From an uncultured Acidobacteriota bacterium (GTDB lineage Bacteria; Acidobacteriota; Terriglobia; UBA7540), in the NCBI GenBank assembly GCA_963804995.1, contig CAWDSK010000005.1:544001-608000 (forward strand): a stretch of DNA of 64,000 nucleotides. Reading direction: 5' to 3'. A model generated the notes under the pieces. That model was not told where the DNA came from, did not search any database, and saw only the letters and a program-made list of their open reading frames with translations. A program made the position numbers and the translations under genes. How positions within the stretch are numbered: the stretch's first letter is position 1; every line of letters begins with the position of its first letter. Positions 21,056-30,868 of the stretch are shown here, in pieces.

Positions 21056-21964
21056 GAGCTTATCCGTAAATAATAATCGTCTGTCGCCAGCAGATCATGG
21101 CCGCGGCTAAGGTTAGTAGGGCGACGTAGCTTTCCTCGGTCTTTTCAAAGCTCACCAACACCTTACGGTATCGGTTGAGCCAGGAATGGGTCCGCTCGAC
21201 CACCCAGCGGCGCGCCTTGTAACCGGGGACGAGGAGCTTTGCTTTCATCTCTTCTCGCCGTTGCTTGATATGCGGCCGGTAGTGGCGGTTCGTGGCCGCT
21301 TGCCGAGCGCGGGATCCCTTGTAACCCGCATCGGCGCAGAGGTGCTGGGGCTTTCTCGGTCTCGGCGCCGGTCGCGCTCTCACCACCTGGTCGAGGGTGG
21401 TGGCCAGCAGCTTCACATCATGGACGTTGGCTCCGCTGACGGCGAGCGACAGTGGGACGCCACGCCCGTCGACTAACAAACTTCGCTTGCGCCCATTTTT
21501 TTCCCCGATCCGTGGGATTCGGTCCCACACACGCCAAGGCCAGAGGGGCTTTCACCAAGGCCCCGTCGATGCTTTGCCAGTCCCAGGCAATGCCCTCCAG
21601 ATCATCGTACTCAGCCAGCCCCGACCGCCACAGCGCCAGAAAGAAACCCGCCCGCTGCCACTGTTGAAAATGCTTGTGGATCGCGCTCGCGCTGCCGAAT
21701 TCCTTGGGCAAGGCCCTCCACTGACACCCCGTGCGTAGCACATACACAATGGCCGAGAAGATCCGGCGCGCCGGCATCGGCTTCCTCCCACCCCCCGGCT
21801 TCCGTCTATACTTTCGACCTTTCGACCGCTGTCGAACGGGAATCAGCGGTTCGACTTTCACCCAAAACTCGTCGGATACTTCCCAAGATTTTATCTGCGG
21901 CATCTTGGGTCATAATCATGCATCAAATTGTAGCAGGCTTCAACTATTATTTACGGATAAGCTC
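21056..21964 (-). mobile_element. IS5-family insertion sequence, 909 bp
   Basis: Perfect 20-bp TIR GAGCTTATCCGTAAATAATA; TTA duplicated at 21053-21055 and 21965-21967. Confidence 0.95.
21060..21903 (-). CDS. IS5-family DDE transposase in two ORFs joined by a -1 frameshift
   Basis: orfA LRTGCQWRALP..SIDG; orfB LCADAGY, RWVVERTHSWL; GGGGAAAAAAA at 21506-21496 in the overlap. Confidence 0.92.
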
Positions 21965-22434
21965 TTAACCTCTGGCGCCCCTTTTTTGGGTTCGTGGTCC
22001 CTCTCAATTACCTTTTCGTTTTCTTCTGCCATAGCGATTCTCCTTTTCAAAGAATAAAGATGCCGACGAGACCGCAAGTGACAAAAAGCCCCCAACGTCC
22101 ACCGTGAAGCCACCGAGCGCCACAAACTCCGCTTGCTGCCTATTCAATCTGCGGTTAGGCGCGAGGGATATGGAGACCCCCTGGATGAACATCATCCGCC
22201 TTCCGTTGCTCTGTCCTGGTTGCACCTGAGACCCTGAGATCCTACAATTTCGTGAGCTTACTTAGCCAACTACCGCTTGGAAGACAGGCAGTCTTTCTAA
22301 CATCGACAATTTGTCACAATCTTAGCACCGGCGGCTGCGGAGTCAAGGCCAATTTTCCTCATTTGTCCGCACTAGTCGCCTTCAATGGCCTGGGGCTCAT
22401 TTTCTGACTTGTGCGCTGATTAGCGGTTTAGTCA

Positions 22435-24249
22435 TCACGGGCGCGCTCCCGATATGACCGGATTAAAGTCCATTTTGTAAATATGGACCTCGTACTCTTT
22501 GCGAATGTCGTCCTGAAAAGTACCATTCGTAATCTCAATCTGCCGGTTCTCATCCAGAACGACTGCGGTCGCATGCGGGGGGAAGTCGCGCAGCGTGAAG
22601 GTGGCGGTCGTTGGCCCACCGGCACGCGCGGCGACAGTAAACATGTAGGTGTTGCCCTGCCACCGCTTGAGCATCATGTCCACGGGCGTGTTTCCATTCG
22701 ACGAGGAGACTCGCACGCCATTGGCGACCGAAGGCGTATTGAGCACGGGGGTGACGGAGGAGATTTGGCGGTTGAGAGCACCCACCATATCCGCCATGGC
22801 CGGATCATGGAGCATGCCGGCGGGATCCAGCTTAGGGGTGATGATATGACAAAAGTAGATGACTCCCAGGCCCCCATGGATAATCAGCATCCACACCTCT
22901 GACTTAACCTGCTCAGGCGTCGGTTTGCCGGCGTTGGTGGCGATAGCCGTCGTCTCCACAGCCTCATAGACGGGCTTCCGGTAATTGGCCCACGCCCTTA
23001 ATTCATCCATCCCTTTGGCCACGTACCACAAGGGCTTGGAGACATTGATCGGATAGCTATCGTAAGAGACGATGTCCGAGCCCTGGATGTAGACAGGGTA
23101 ATCTTCGTAACGGCCGTTGCAGACGCCCCGCAGCGGGTGCCGGTAGTGCTTCTGAGTAAAGTCATCCACCGACTTCCCCACGCCCAGGTACACCGGCCGC
23201 GTCGGTTCGTTCTCTCTGTACTTCTTGTAGACCTCGATGACTTCCGGTGGAGGAACGCAGGGACCGTATCCCTGTCCCTCCTCGAGTTCCTGCGCGTTAT
23301 CGGGTTCATCAATCTGGCCCCAGGCTTTGGTGATGGGCCCCCAGGTGGCGAGGATTTTGTTGCGCTGGTCGGCAACCTCCATTTGTTTGTGCACGCCTAA
23401 GTAAAAAACTCCCATCCCGGCAGCAGCCAGTTCGCTTTCTGAAGCTCGCCGGGGCAGCGCCACGAAGAGGTTGATGCCGAGTTTCTTGTAGGCCTCGGCG
23501 TCGGAAGAATTCTGATACCAGACGCCCAGCGGGAAATAGTTCGGATCACCGTTGGGCGAAGGGCCGTTCGACCACTGTTTGTAGTAGGCCGAACCACCTT
23601 CCCAGGGAAGATAGGTGTCCCCCTTGGGAACATGCGAGGGCACAAACACCACGTCCACCCAATAGTTTGTTCCTTTCTGGGTTTTAGAAGGAAAGGTGCT
23701 TTGGGCCGTGTACTCATAGACGCCGTTCCCTCGGTCCGCCGCATTCTGGAGCACTTCGAGCGTTCCGTTATCGCGGCCCGCGACGAAGTAAAGAGGGTCT
23801 GCCGAATAGTGCCCTGTGTCCGTATGATATGAGGCAACGTAGGTTGTGTCGGCGTTGACAGCTACGCGCCGGGAGAACGTAACTTGCTGCCAGCCTGAGG
23901 CGGTCTCACCCGTGAACGCCGCACTGGCCAGTTTGGCTCCGGTTTCTGACCACAGGGTTCCCACGTGGCTGCCCGTATTCGCGTCCGCTTTATAAAAGCG
24001 GATACCTGTAATCCAGCCGTTCACATGGGCCCGAAACTTGACGCCCACTTCAATGGCTGCGGCATCGCCACTATCCGGGACCTCCGGCAACGATTGTGAA
24101 CCCCAGATGCTCGTTTCGGCCCACGGCGAGTCGTGCGGCGAGCTGGCGGCGCGCGCTGCCCGCCAGTTTCCCAGGGTCGAAATCCCCAACACTGCAACCG
24201 CCAGGGTTACGAGAAGCCGCCAGCCCTTGCATCCGCCCTTCCCAACCAT
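22435..24249 (-). CDS. Secreted DUF4082-domain protein with a putative glycoside hydrolase-like TIM barrel
   Basis: EVGVKFR, GIRFYK, SGWQQVTF and NYWVDVVF (DUF4082); C-terminal DEPD, YDSYP and IHGGLGVIYF; GGAGG RBS before 24249. Confidence 0.8.
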   Translation of the reverse strand: MVGKGGCKGWRLLVTLAVAVLGISTLGNWRAARAASSPHDSPWAETSIWGSQSLPEVPDSGDAAAIEVGVKFRAHVNGWITGIRFYKADANTGSHVGTLWSETGAKLASAAFTGETASGWQQVTFSRRVAVNADTTYVASYHTDTGHYSADPLYFVAGRDNGTLEVLQNAADRGNGVYEYTAQSTFPSKTQKGTNYWVDVVFVPSHVPKGDTYLPWEGGSAYYKQWSNGPSPNGDPNYFPLGVWYQNSSDAEAYKKLGINLFVALPRRASESELAAAGMGVFYLGVHKQMEVADQRNKILATWGPITKAWGQIDEPDNAQELEEGQGYGPCVPPPEVIEVYKKYRENEPTRPVYLGVGKSVDDFTQKHYRHPLRGVCNGRYEDYPVYIQGSDIVSYDSYPINVSKPLWYVAKGMDELRAWANYRKPVYEAVETTAIATNAGKPTPEQVKSEVWMLIIHGGLGVIYFCHIITPKLDPAGMLHDPAMADMVGALNRQISSVTPVLNTPSVANGVRVSSSNGNTPVDMMLKRWQGNTYMFTVAARAGGPTTATFTLRDFPPHATAVVLDENRQIEITNGTFQDDIRKEYEVHIYKMDFNPVISGARP

Positions 24250-24350
24250 GTTCACCCTCCTGGCGCCCGGAGCGCACCACTCCGGCGCTCGGCCCCGATG
24301 ATCAATTTGGAAATAACGCGCTATCGGGGCTCGGCGCGCTACCCTCTGTA

Positions 24351-24460
24351 ACCACCCCGTCGCTCGGAGCGCCACCCCTCCTGAATCAGGAGGGGAGTTC
24401 CTAAGTAACTCCCCTCCTCAGATGAGGAGGGGTGGCGCGCTGAGCGCCGGGGTGGTGCTG
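24351..24460. repeat. ACCACCCC...CCCCTCCT..AGGAGGGG palindromic REP-like element
   Basis: Long inverted repeat; related copy at 46218-46291. Confidence 0.75.
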
Positions 24461-24585
24461 ACACGGAAATAAAGCGTCAGCAATGACAGCGCAAACGCCA
24501 TTTTCCGACGCCCGGCCCTGAGTCTAAGGGGGCGACAGTTCGTATGCAAACACTTAAATGGACCTTAGATTCTCCCTGCTGGGTG

Positions 24586-26454
24586 TCAACGCGACAGCAC
24601 AGTCAGCAGTGCCTGGTATCCGTCCACGAGCAAACCTTCGTAGCCATGGGGTGTCCCGTCCCAGGCTTTCCAATCGTAGCTCTTGCCATTCGGGCCTGAC
24701 CCCTGGAAGCCGCCTTTTTCAAATCCGCGGAGCATGGGGAACAGGATGGCATCGGCCTCTTGGCGCCGACCCAACTGGTATAACGCTTGGAGGGTGAAAT
24801 AGGCAAAGGACGCGGAGGCGCCGCCATTCTGGTAGATCTGGAAGCCATCGGAGCCGTCCGCTTTTACACCCCCACCCGAAGCCAGGATGTGATGGGCGTA
24901 ATCCTCCCGCCGAATGGGCACCAGGTTGCCGGGCAGGCCGTATTCAAAATGTGTGTAGCCCACCTCTTTCATCTTGGCGAGCAGGCGGTCCATGATCTGA
25001 TTCGCTTTATCCTGGGGAACCAAGCCATAGATGATGGCCGCGCCATTCACGAACAGGAAGTAGTAATCGTGCAGCTTCCCGTCGGCGCTGCGCCAGCCGG
25101 CCAGCACTCCCGTGGCAGGATTGTAGAAGGTGTTGAAATAGACGGAGTGGATTTTCTGGGCGCGAGAGGCATAAAGCTGTGCATCTTCTGGCTTGCCGGC
25201 ACGCCGGGCCATTTCCGCCATTCCCAGCAAGGCATGATAGGCGAGGGCATTGGAGTAAGCGTCCTCATGGGCAAAGCCCACGTCGTCCCACCAGTTCGCC
25301 GGGCGCAACGTGAGTTCCTCCGGCCAGGAGCCGGAGTTGCCGCTTGCCGGGTATTCCAGCAACCCGTTTCCCTCCCGGTCCATGGCGAGCATCCTGGTGG
25401 CCCAGCCCTTCAGTCCCGGATAGTTCTTTTCGAGCCACACAACATCATTGCTGCCCCGGACATAATCCCACGCGGCGATCAACAGTGAGGGGTAGCTATC
25501 CAGGTAGTCGTAACGAGTCTTGGCATCATTGGGCATAAATCCCGCCATACCGTATGCCTTCATCCCGCTGAGGTAACGGTCCAGAGTCTGGTGGAGCAGG
25601 TCCAGTGCGGTCAGCCCTGGCGCGAGGGGCGGAGTGCGCTCGGCCATGGAGGAATATTCGAATAAGGTGAAGGCACACGGATCGCTGGCCGCGTTGTTGG
25701 CCAGCACGCGTAACCGGGGGTTCAGTTGAAAAATATCGATCCAGTTGCGGCGGAATCCGTCAAAGCGCGCGTCGCGCGCCAGTTCCGGCGGGCCGGGATA
25801 AATCGCCACCACATCCAGGGTGTAATCGAGGTCGGGCCTGGCAGCGGAGGCCGGGGAAAAGGTCACCTTCACGTAGTCGCCCTCCTGTTTAGACGGCGGC
25901 TTGTCGGGCGACGGCTCCTCAACATTCCGGAAGGCGTCGTACCCCAGCGCCAATCCCTGTGCGGGACTGGAAGAGATTCGGAAGGTTCCCTGATCGGGCA
26001 GATTCAGAAGCGCGGGAAGGCGGACACTGCCGTCATCGTTGATATAGCCCAACAACGTGGCATGGTTGAGGTAGGAATCAAAGTTCAGCACCAACGGGGG
26101 AGGGGGATTCCCCTCGGCAAAATGTGAGCGCAGGTGAATTTTCTGGGCGGAAAACTCGAAGGTCCAGGCGGGCTGGGTTCCGGGCGAGTCGCCGGAGGGG
26201 CGATACTCAAAGGCCGTGCCTACGTGACGCACCACGTAGGTTGTCTTCGCTTTGGCCGGCGGCCGGAGTGCGCTGAGGCTAAGCTTGCTCTTGCCTAGTG
26301 AATCCACCGCCAGGGCTACAAAAGCAGGCTGGTCCGGCGCTAATTCCACACGCAGGAAAGTGGACTGGTATTGCAGTATGTTCTTCTGCTGTCCTGCTGC
26401 GCCTGATACGAACGCTATAAGTGCAGCTATCAAGATCACAACTCTTTTATGCAT
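24586..26454 (-). CDS. Secreted six-hairpin glycosidase-like protein ((alpha/alpha)6 barrel)
   Basis: Signal peptide; DYVRGSNDVVWL, DREGNGLLE, NWWD, DAYSNALAY and YQNGG motifs. Confidence 0.7.
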   Translation of the reverse strand: MHKRVVILIAALIAFVSGAAGQQKNILQYQSTFLRVELAPDQPAFVALAVDSLGKSKLSLSALRPPAKAKTTYVVRHVGTAFEYRPSGDSPGTQPAWTFEFSAQKIHLRSHFAEGNPPPPLVLNFDSYLNHATLLGYINDDGSVRLPALLNLPDQGTFRISSSPAQGLALGYDAFRNVEEPSPDKPPSKQEGDYVKVTFSPASAARPDLDYTLDVVAIYPGPPELARDARFDGFRRNWIDIFQLNPRLRVLANNAASDPCAFTLFEYSSMAERTPPLAPGLTALDLLHQTLDRYLSGMKAYGMAGFMPNDAKTRYDYLDSYPSLLIAAWDYVRGSNDVVWLEKNYPGLKGWATRMLAMDREGNGLLEYPASGNSGSWPEELTLRPANWWDDVGFAHEDAYSNALAYHALLGMAEMARRAGKPEDAQLYASRAQKIHSVYFNTFYNPATGVLAGWRSADGKLHDYYFLFVNGAAIIYGLVPQDKANQIMDRLLAKMKEVGYTHFEYGLPGNLVPIRREDYAHHILASGGGVKADGSDGFQIYQNGGASASFAYFTLQALYQLGRRQEADAILFPMLRGFEKGGFQGSGPNGKSYDWKAWDGTPHGYEGLLVDGYQALLTVLSR

Positions 26455-26684
26455 GAATTACTCCTCGCCTGACGCAATAGTCGTCCCCCGTATACGTTCC
26501 CGAAGATTGTTTGTCAAGGAAAACACAGAATGACCCCGGTAAAACGCCGGGAGACTTTGCCCGGCAGAAGAATTGCTATAGACAGAAGCAGGTGCTTAGC
26601 GGTTAAATCTCAACGATTGAAACGGCGCCATTCACTGATTTCATTATCAGCGTAAATCCACACTTGGCCCCCTGGAGGTATTCA

Positions 26685-29060
26685 ATGTTATCGAAAAAGC
26701 TGCTTATGATCGGCAGTCTCGTGACGGCTCTGCTGTTCTCCCTATGCGGCGTGTATTTTGCACAAGCCGGCAATGATAAGCCTATCTACCTCGACCCCAC
26801 GCGGACGGTTGAGGAGCGTGTCAATGACCTGATGAGCCGCATGACACTTAAAGAAAAGGTCGGCCAACTTAATTTGCCCTGTGTTTACGTGGATGATCTG
26901 GGAAAGACCATTCCCGAAAAGCGCGAGGCGTGCAAGCGATTCACCGCCGGAACCTATACCAATGAAATTGGTCCGGCCTGCGGATTCTTTACCCTCGCCA
27001 ATGAAGTCATGCGTGACGGGAATGCCCGCCACTATGCGGAGTACTTCAACGAGCTCCAGAAGATCGCGGTCACCCAGACGCGGCTGAAAATCCCCGTGAT
27101 GCAAGATGAGGAGGGAACGCACGGCGCCATGTATCCCGGGGCAACAATTTTCCCGGAGGGCCTGGCGATTGGCAGCTCGTTCGATCTGGAATTGGTGAGA
27201 GCAATCTACGCAGCCGCGGCTGCGGAATCCCGCTCCATCGGCATCCACATGCTCTCCACCCTGGTGATGGAATTGGACCGCGATCCCCGCATGGGTCGAA
27301 ACGAGGAAGCCTACACGGAAGATCCCTATCTCTACATGCGGATTGGTGAGGAGATCGTGCATGGCACCCAGGGCACCAACCTGGCCAGCCCGGACACGGT
27401 CATCGCAGTGCTGACGGATTTCCCCACGCAAAGCTCTCCTGCCGCCGGACTGGAGCGCGGGGCGATTGAAGTTTCCGAACGCTCCCTGCGTGAGAACGAT
27501 ATGTGGCCCTGGATTGGTGCGATCACCAAAGCCGGAGGGCTGGGCGTGATGGCGGGTTATCCCGAAGTCGAAGACGTCCCCTCCCACGGCTCGGTGAAAT
27601 GGATGAACGATATTCTTCGCAAGGATATCGGCTTCGAGGGCGTCGTGGAAAGCGAAGGCGGCGGCTTCTCAACATTGCAATACGAGCAGATCGTTCCCAC
27701 TCAGAAAGAAGCCGGGGCGCTGGCGCTCAAGGCTGGAGTCGATTTGAACATTACTTATGAACCCGCCTACATGGGCCCCCTGGTCGAGGCGGTGGAACAA
27801 GGCATGGTGCCGATGGCGCTTGTGGATCGGGCGCTGCGCCGCGTGCTGAAATTGAAGTTCCAATTGGGCCTGTTTGAGAATCCCTACGTCGACGTGGACC
27901 GCGCCGCCAGCATCGTGCATTCGCAGGCGAACCAGGATCTGGCGTTGCGCGCGGGTCGCGAAGGCATTGTGCTGCTGAAGAATGAGAAGGGTGTGCTGCC
28001 CCTCAAAAAGGGCCTGAAGTCGGTGGCGGTGATTGGTCCGGACGCCGACAACCTGATGAATCAACTGGGCGATTATTCGCCCAAGGCGATTCCGCAGCAC
28101 GTGGTGAGCATTCTGGAAGGCATCAAAGCCGCCGCCGGTCCGCAAGCCAAAGTGACCGCGGTGAAGGGCTGCACGGTGTTGGGCGATGATAAGAGCGGAT
28201 TCGCCGAAGCCGTCCGCGCCGCCAAGAATGCCGAGGTGGCGATTGTGGTGGTGGGGGAAAACCAGGGTCAGAATGATGTGGACGAAGAAAAGGACCCGCC
28301 CACGGACGGTGAAGGGCACGACATCGCCAACCTTGATTTGACCGGCGTCCAGGAAGACCTGGTGCGCGCCGTCTACGAAACCGGCACTCCCACGGTGGTG
28401 GTGCTGGTCAACGGCCGGCCGCTGTCCACTCGCTGGACTGCGGAGCACGTGCCGGCCATTGTCGAAGCGTGGCGGCCCGGTGAGCTGGGAGGCACCGCGG
28501 TGGCTGACGTTCTGTTTGGTAATTACAACCCCAGCGGCCGCCTGGCCATCACCATTCCCCGCCACTCCGGCCAGTTGCCCGCTTACTACAACTATAAGCC
28601 CTCCAAGGAGTATTGGATGAGCCAGTCATGGACCAAGAACCGAGGTTACGTGGACATGCCCGGCACGCCGCTGTATCCCTTTGGCTATGGCTTGAGCTAT
28701 ACCAAGTATGAGTATAGTAATCTTCGCATCGATCCTCCCATGATTCGTTCCGGAGGCGAGGCGCGCGTCAGCGTGGACGTCAAGAATACCGGCGACCGCG
28801 CGGGCGTCGAGACCGTGCAACTCTACACGCATGAAAAGTTCGCCCCCGTCTCCACACCCATCAAGCAACTGCACGGGTTTGAGCGAGTGGCGCTGGGCCC
28901 GGGCGAAAGCAAGTCTGTGACGCTGACCCTTACCCCTGAGGATCTCCAGTTACTCGACATCGACATGCAATGGCGTGTGGTGCCGGGCGACTTTGAAATC
29001 ATGGTGGGCAAGTCGTCGGCGGAAATTCCGCTCCAGGGGATCTTGAAGGTAACGCCGTAG
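26685..29060 (+). CDS. GH3 beta-glucosidase-like (BglX architecture with Fn3 domain), atypical active site
   Basis: MTLKEKVGQL, RDPRMGRNEE, IVLLKN, ADVLFGNYNPSGRL, PLYPFGYGLSY and KQLHGF motifs. Confidence 0.92.
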   Translation: MLSKKLLMIGSLVTALLFSLCGVYFAQAGNDKPIYLDPTRTVEERVNDLMSRMTLKEKVGQLNLPCVYVDDLGKTIPEKREACKRFTAGTYTNEIGPACGFFTLANEVMRDGNARHYAEYFNELQKIAVTQTRLKIPVMQDEEGTHGAMYPGATIFPEGLAIGSSFDLELVRAIYAAAAAESRSIGIHMLSTLVMELDRDPRMGRNEEAYTEDPYLYMRIGEEIVHGTQGTNLASPDTVIAVLTDFPTQSSPAAGLERGAIEVSERSLRENDMWPWIGAITKAGGLGVMAGYPEVEDVPSHGSVKWMNDILRKDIGFEGVVESEGGGFSTLQYEQIVPTQKEAGALALKAGVDLNITYEPAYMGPLVEAVEQGMVPMALVDRALRRVLKLKFQLGLFENPYVDVDRAASIVHSQANQDLALRAGREGIVLLKNEKGVLPLKKGLKSVAVIGPDADNLMNQLGDYSPKAIPQHVVSILEGIKAAAGPQAKVTAVKGCTVLGDDKSGFAEAVRAAKNAEVAIVVVGENQGQNDVDEEKDPPTDGEGHDIANLDLTGVQEDLVRAVYETGTPTVVVLVNGRPLSTRWTAEHVPAIVEAWRPGELGGTAVADVLFGNYNPSGRLAITIPRHSGQLPAYYNYKPSKEYWMSQSWTKNRGYVDMPGTPLYPFGYGLSYTKYEYSNLRIDPPMIRSGGEARVSVDVKNTGDRAGVETVQLYTHEKFAPVSTPIKQLHGFERVALGPGESKSVTLTLTPEDLQLLDIDMQWRVVPGDFEIMVGKSSAEIPLQGILKVTP

Positions 29061-29094
29061 CGGTGGAGGGGGCGGGGAGGACGTGGCGGAGATG

Positions 29095-29346
29095 CAAGGG
29101 CAAGGCAAAAGGCAAAGTGTAAAAGGCAAAAGTGAAAAGTCCTTGCGCAGAGTGGTTCTCCGCTGGATCCTACAACCCCCTCACCCCCGGCCCCGCTGTT
29201 GCCGCGGCGACCAAGGGCGGAGTTAATTTGAATCTACTCGGAGGAGGGAAGGAGGTTGATTTGAATCTATAGCCCTCGCCCCTTTGGGGGAGAGGGTGGA
29301 CCGCAGCCGGCGTTCTCATCAGCCGGGGCGGGACGGGTGAGGGGGT
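29095..29346. repeat. Mosaic repeat: CAAAAGG/T heptamers plus CCCCTCACCC/GGGGAGAGGG hairpins
   Basis: Left part matches 52353-52470; right part matches 57243-57381. Confidence 0.75.
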
Positions 29347-29474
29347 CGCCTACGAACTAATTTAGCAGGCAGCAGCGCTACACTCGTGCTCCTGAAGAAG
29401 TTCCGCAGGTTACTGTCCGCGCGTGGCACAGAGACGAGAAATGCACAGCCCAAACCAGATTTGGAGGTATTGAC

Positions 29475-30836
29475 ATGTTTAGAAGGTTAGGCACGCTCAT
29501 CGCTTTTCTAGCGCTCTGCGCCTTCTGCCACGGTCCGGCGGCGAGGGGACAGGATCCTGCCATGAAGCGCCTGACCGCCCGTGGGTTGGACTCCGGTTTC
29601 GAACTCTCGAACGGAACCTTCAACGGGATGTTAGCCGCGAGCAATGGCAAGATCTACTATGTCCTTTGCGCGGCTACGATCGACACAGGCGCGCAGATGT
29701 ATTCGTACGATCCCTCGACGGACAAGATCGAGCACCTGGGCGACCTGACCGAAGCGGCTGGGGAAAAGGGCCTCAAGACCGTTCCGCAAGGCAAGAGCCA
29801 CGTGAACTTTGTGGAATCCAACGGAAAGCTCTACTTCGCTACCCACGTCGACTGGTACAGCGTGCAAGGTGGCCTGGAACTTATGGCGCCGCCCCCGCCC
29901 GGATACAAGCCTTATCCCGGCGGCCACTTTCTTTCGTACGACATGAACTCCGGAAAATTCGAGAACCTGGGGAAAGCGCCGGCAGGGCAGGGAATCATTT
30001 CGATGAGCATGGATACCCAGCGCGGCCGGCTTTACGGTCTCACTTGGCCTTCCGGTTATTTCCTGCGTCTTGACCTGAAGTCCGGCGAGTTGAAGAACCT
30101 CGGCCCCCTGTACAGAGATGGAGAGAATGGTCAGATGACGCGTCGGGTTCTGTGCCGGGCGCTGCCGGTCGATCCGCGGGATGGCTCCGTCTATTTCACC
30201 AACGCCGATGGCGATATCCTGCGCTATAGCTACGATCGCGATGCCATTGAGACCGTCCAGGGAGACAACCTGCGGAAGGATTATTTTGGCGCCTGGGATC
30301 CCTTGTCTGGACAAGACATGGGATACAACTGGCGGCAGGCATTCTGGTACGCTCCTGAAAACGCCATCTACGCCATTCACGGACGCTCCGGCTATGTGTT
30401 CCGGTTCGATCCCCGGGCGGAGCGAGTGGATGTGGTGCAGCGCATTGCGTCAGAAGCCACCATGCGAAGTGGTATGTACGATGATTTCCATTACGGCTAT
30501 CTCAGCTTAACGCTCGGGCCGGACGGTCACACCCTGTATTACCTGACGGAAGGCGCCATCGTCGAGAATGGAAGGCGTGTCGTTGTGTACGCGCGGCCAC
30601 CGGGAGCAAGGCCAGGAGCACGGGGGGAACCGATTGAGGACCTACACCTGATAACCTACGATATTCCGGCCGTGAAATACGCCGATCACGGCGCGGTTTT
30701 CTTCAGCGACGGCGGGCGACCTGGCCTCGTCAACTCGATTGCGGTGGGCAAGGATGGTTCGACCTACTGCCTTACCGAAATTCCCGGCAGCGGTCGGCGG
30801 CACGTGGACCTGGTCCGCATTCCTCCGGTTGAGTAG
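29475..30836 (+). CDS. Secreted hypothetical protein, probable beta-propeller
   Basis: Signal peptide; repeated GKIYY/GKLYF/GRLYG/GSVYF..YD blade-like motifs. Confidence 0.7.
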   Translation: MFRRLGTLIAFLALCAFCHGPAARGQDPAMKRLTARGLDSGFELSNGTFNGMLAASNGKIYYVLCAATIDTGAQMYSYDPSTDKIEHLGDLTEAAGEKGLKTVPQGKSHVNFVESNGKLYFATHVDWYSVQGGLELMAPPPPGYKPYPGGHFLSYDMNSGKFENLGKAPAGQGIISMSMDTQRGRLYGLTWPSGYFLRLDLKSGELKNLGPLYRDGENGQMTRRVLCRALPVDPRDGSVYFTNADGDILRYSYDRDAIETVQGDNLRKDYFGAWDPLSGQDMGYNWRQAFWYAPENAIYAIHGRSGYVFRFDPRAERVDVVQRIASEATMRSGMYDDFHYGYLSLTLGPDGHTLYYLTEGAIVENGRRVVVYARPPGARPGARGEPIEDLHLITYDIPAVKYADHGAVFFSDGGRPGLVNSIAVGKDGSTYCLTEIPGSGRRHVDLVRIPPVE

Positions 30837-30868
30837 CTGGTAGCGGCTACAACAAATCTAACTCAGGA

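Larger units (their letters stand above)
20989..22032 (-). pseudogene. 43-aa double-glycine-leader peptide gene interrupted by IS5
   Basis: Joining 22032-21965 with 21052-20989 gives MAEENEKVIERDHEPKKGAPEVKNQLADKEVEKVVGG-VQPIDY*; AAGGAG RBS upstream. Confidence 0.75.
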
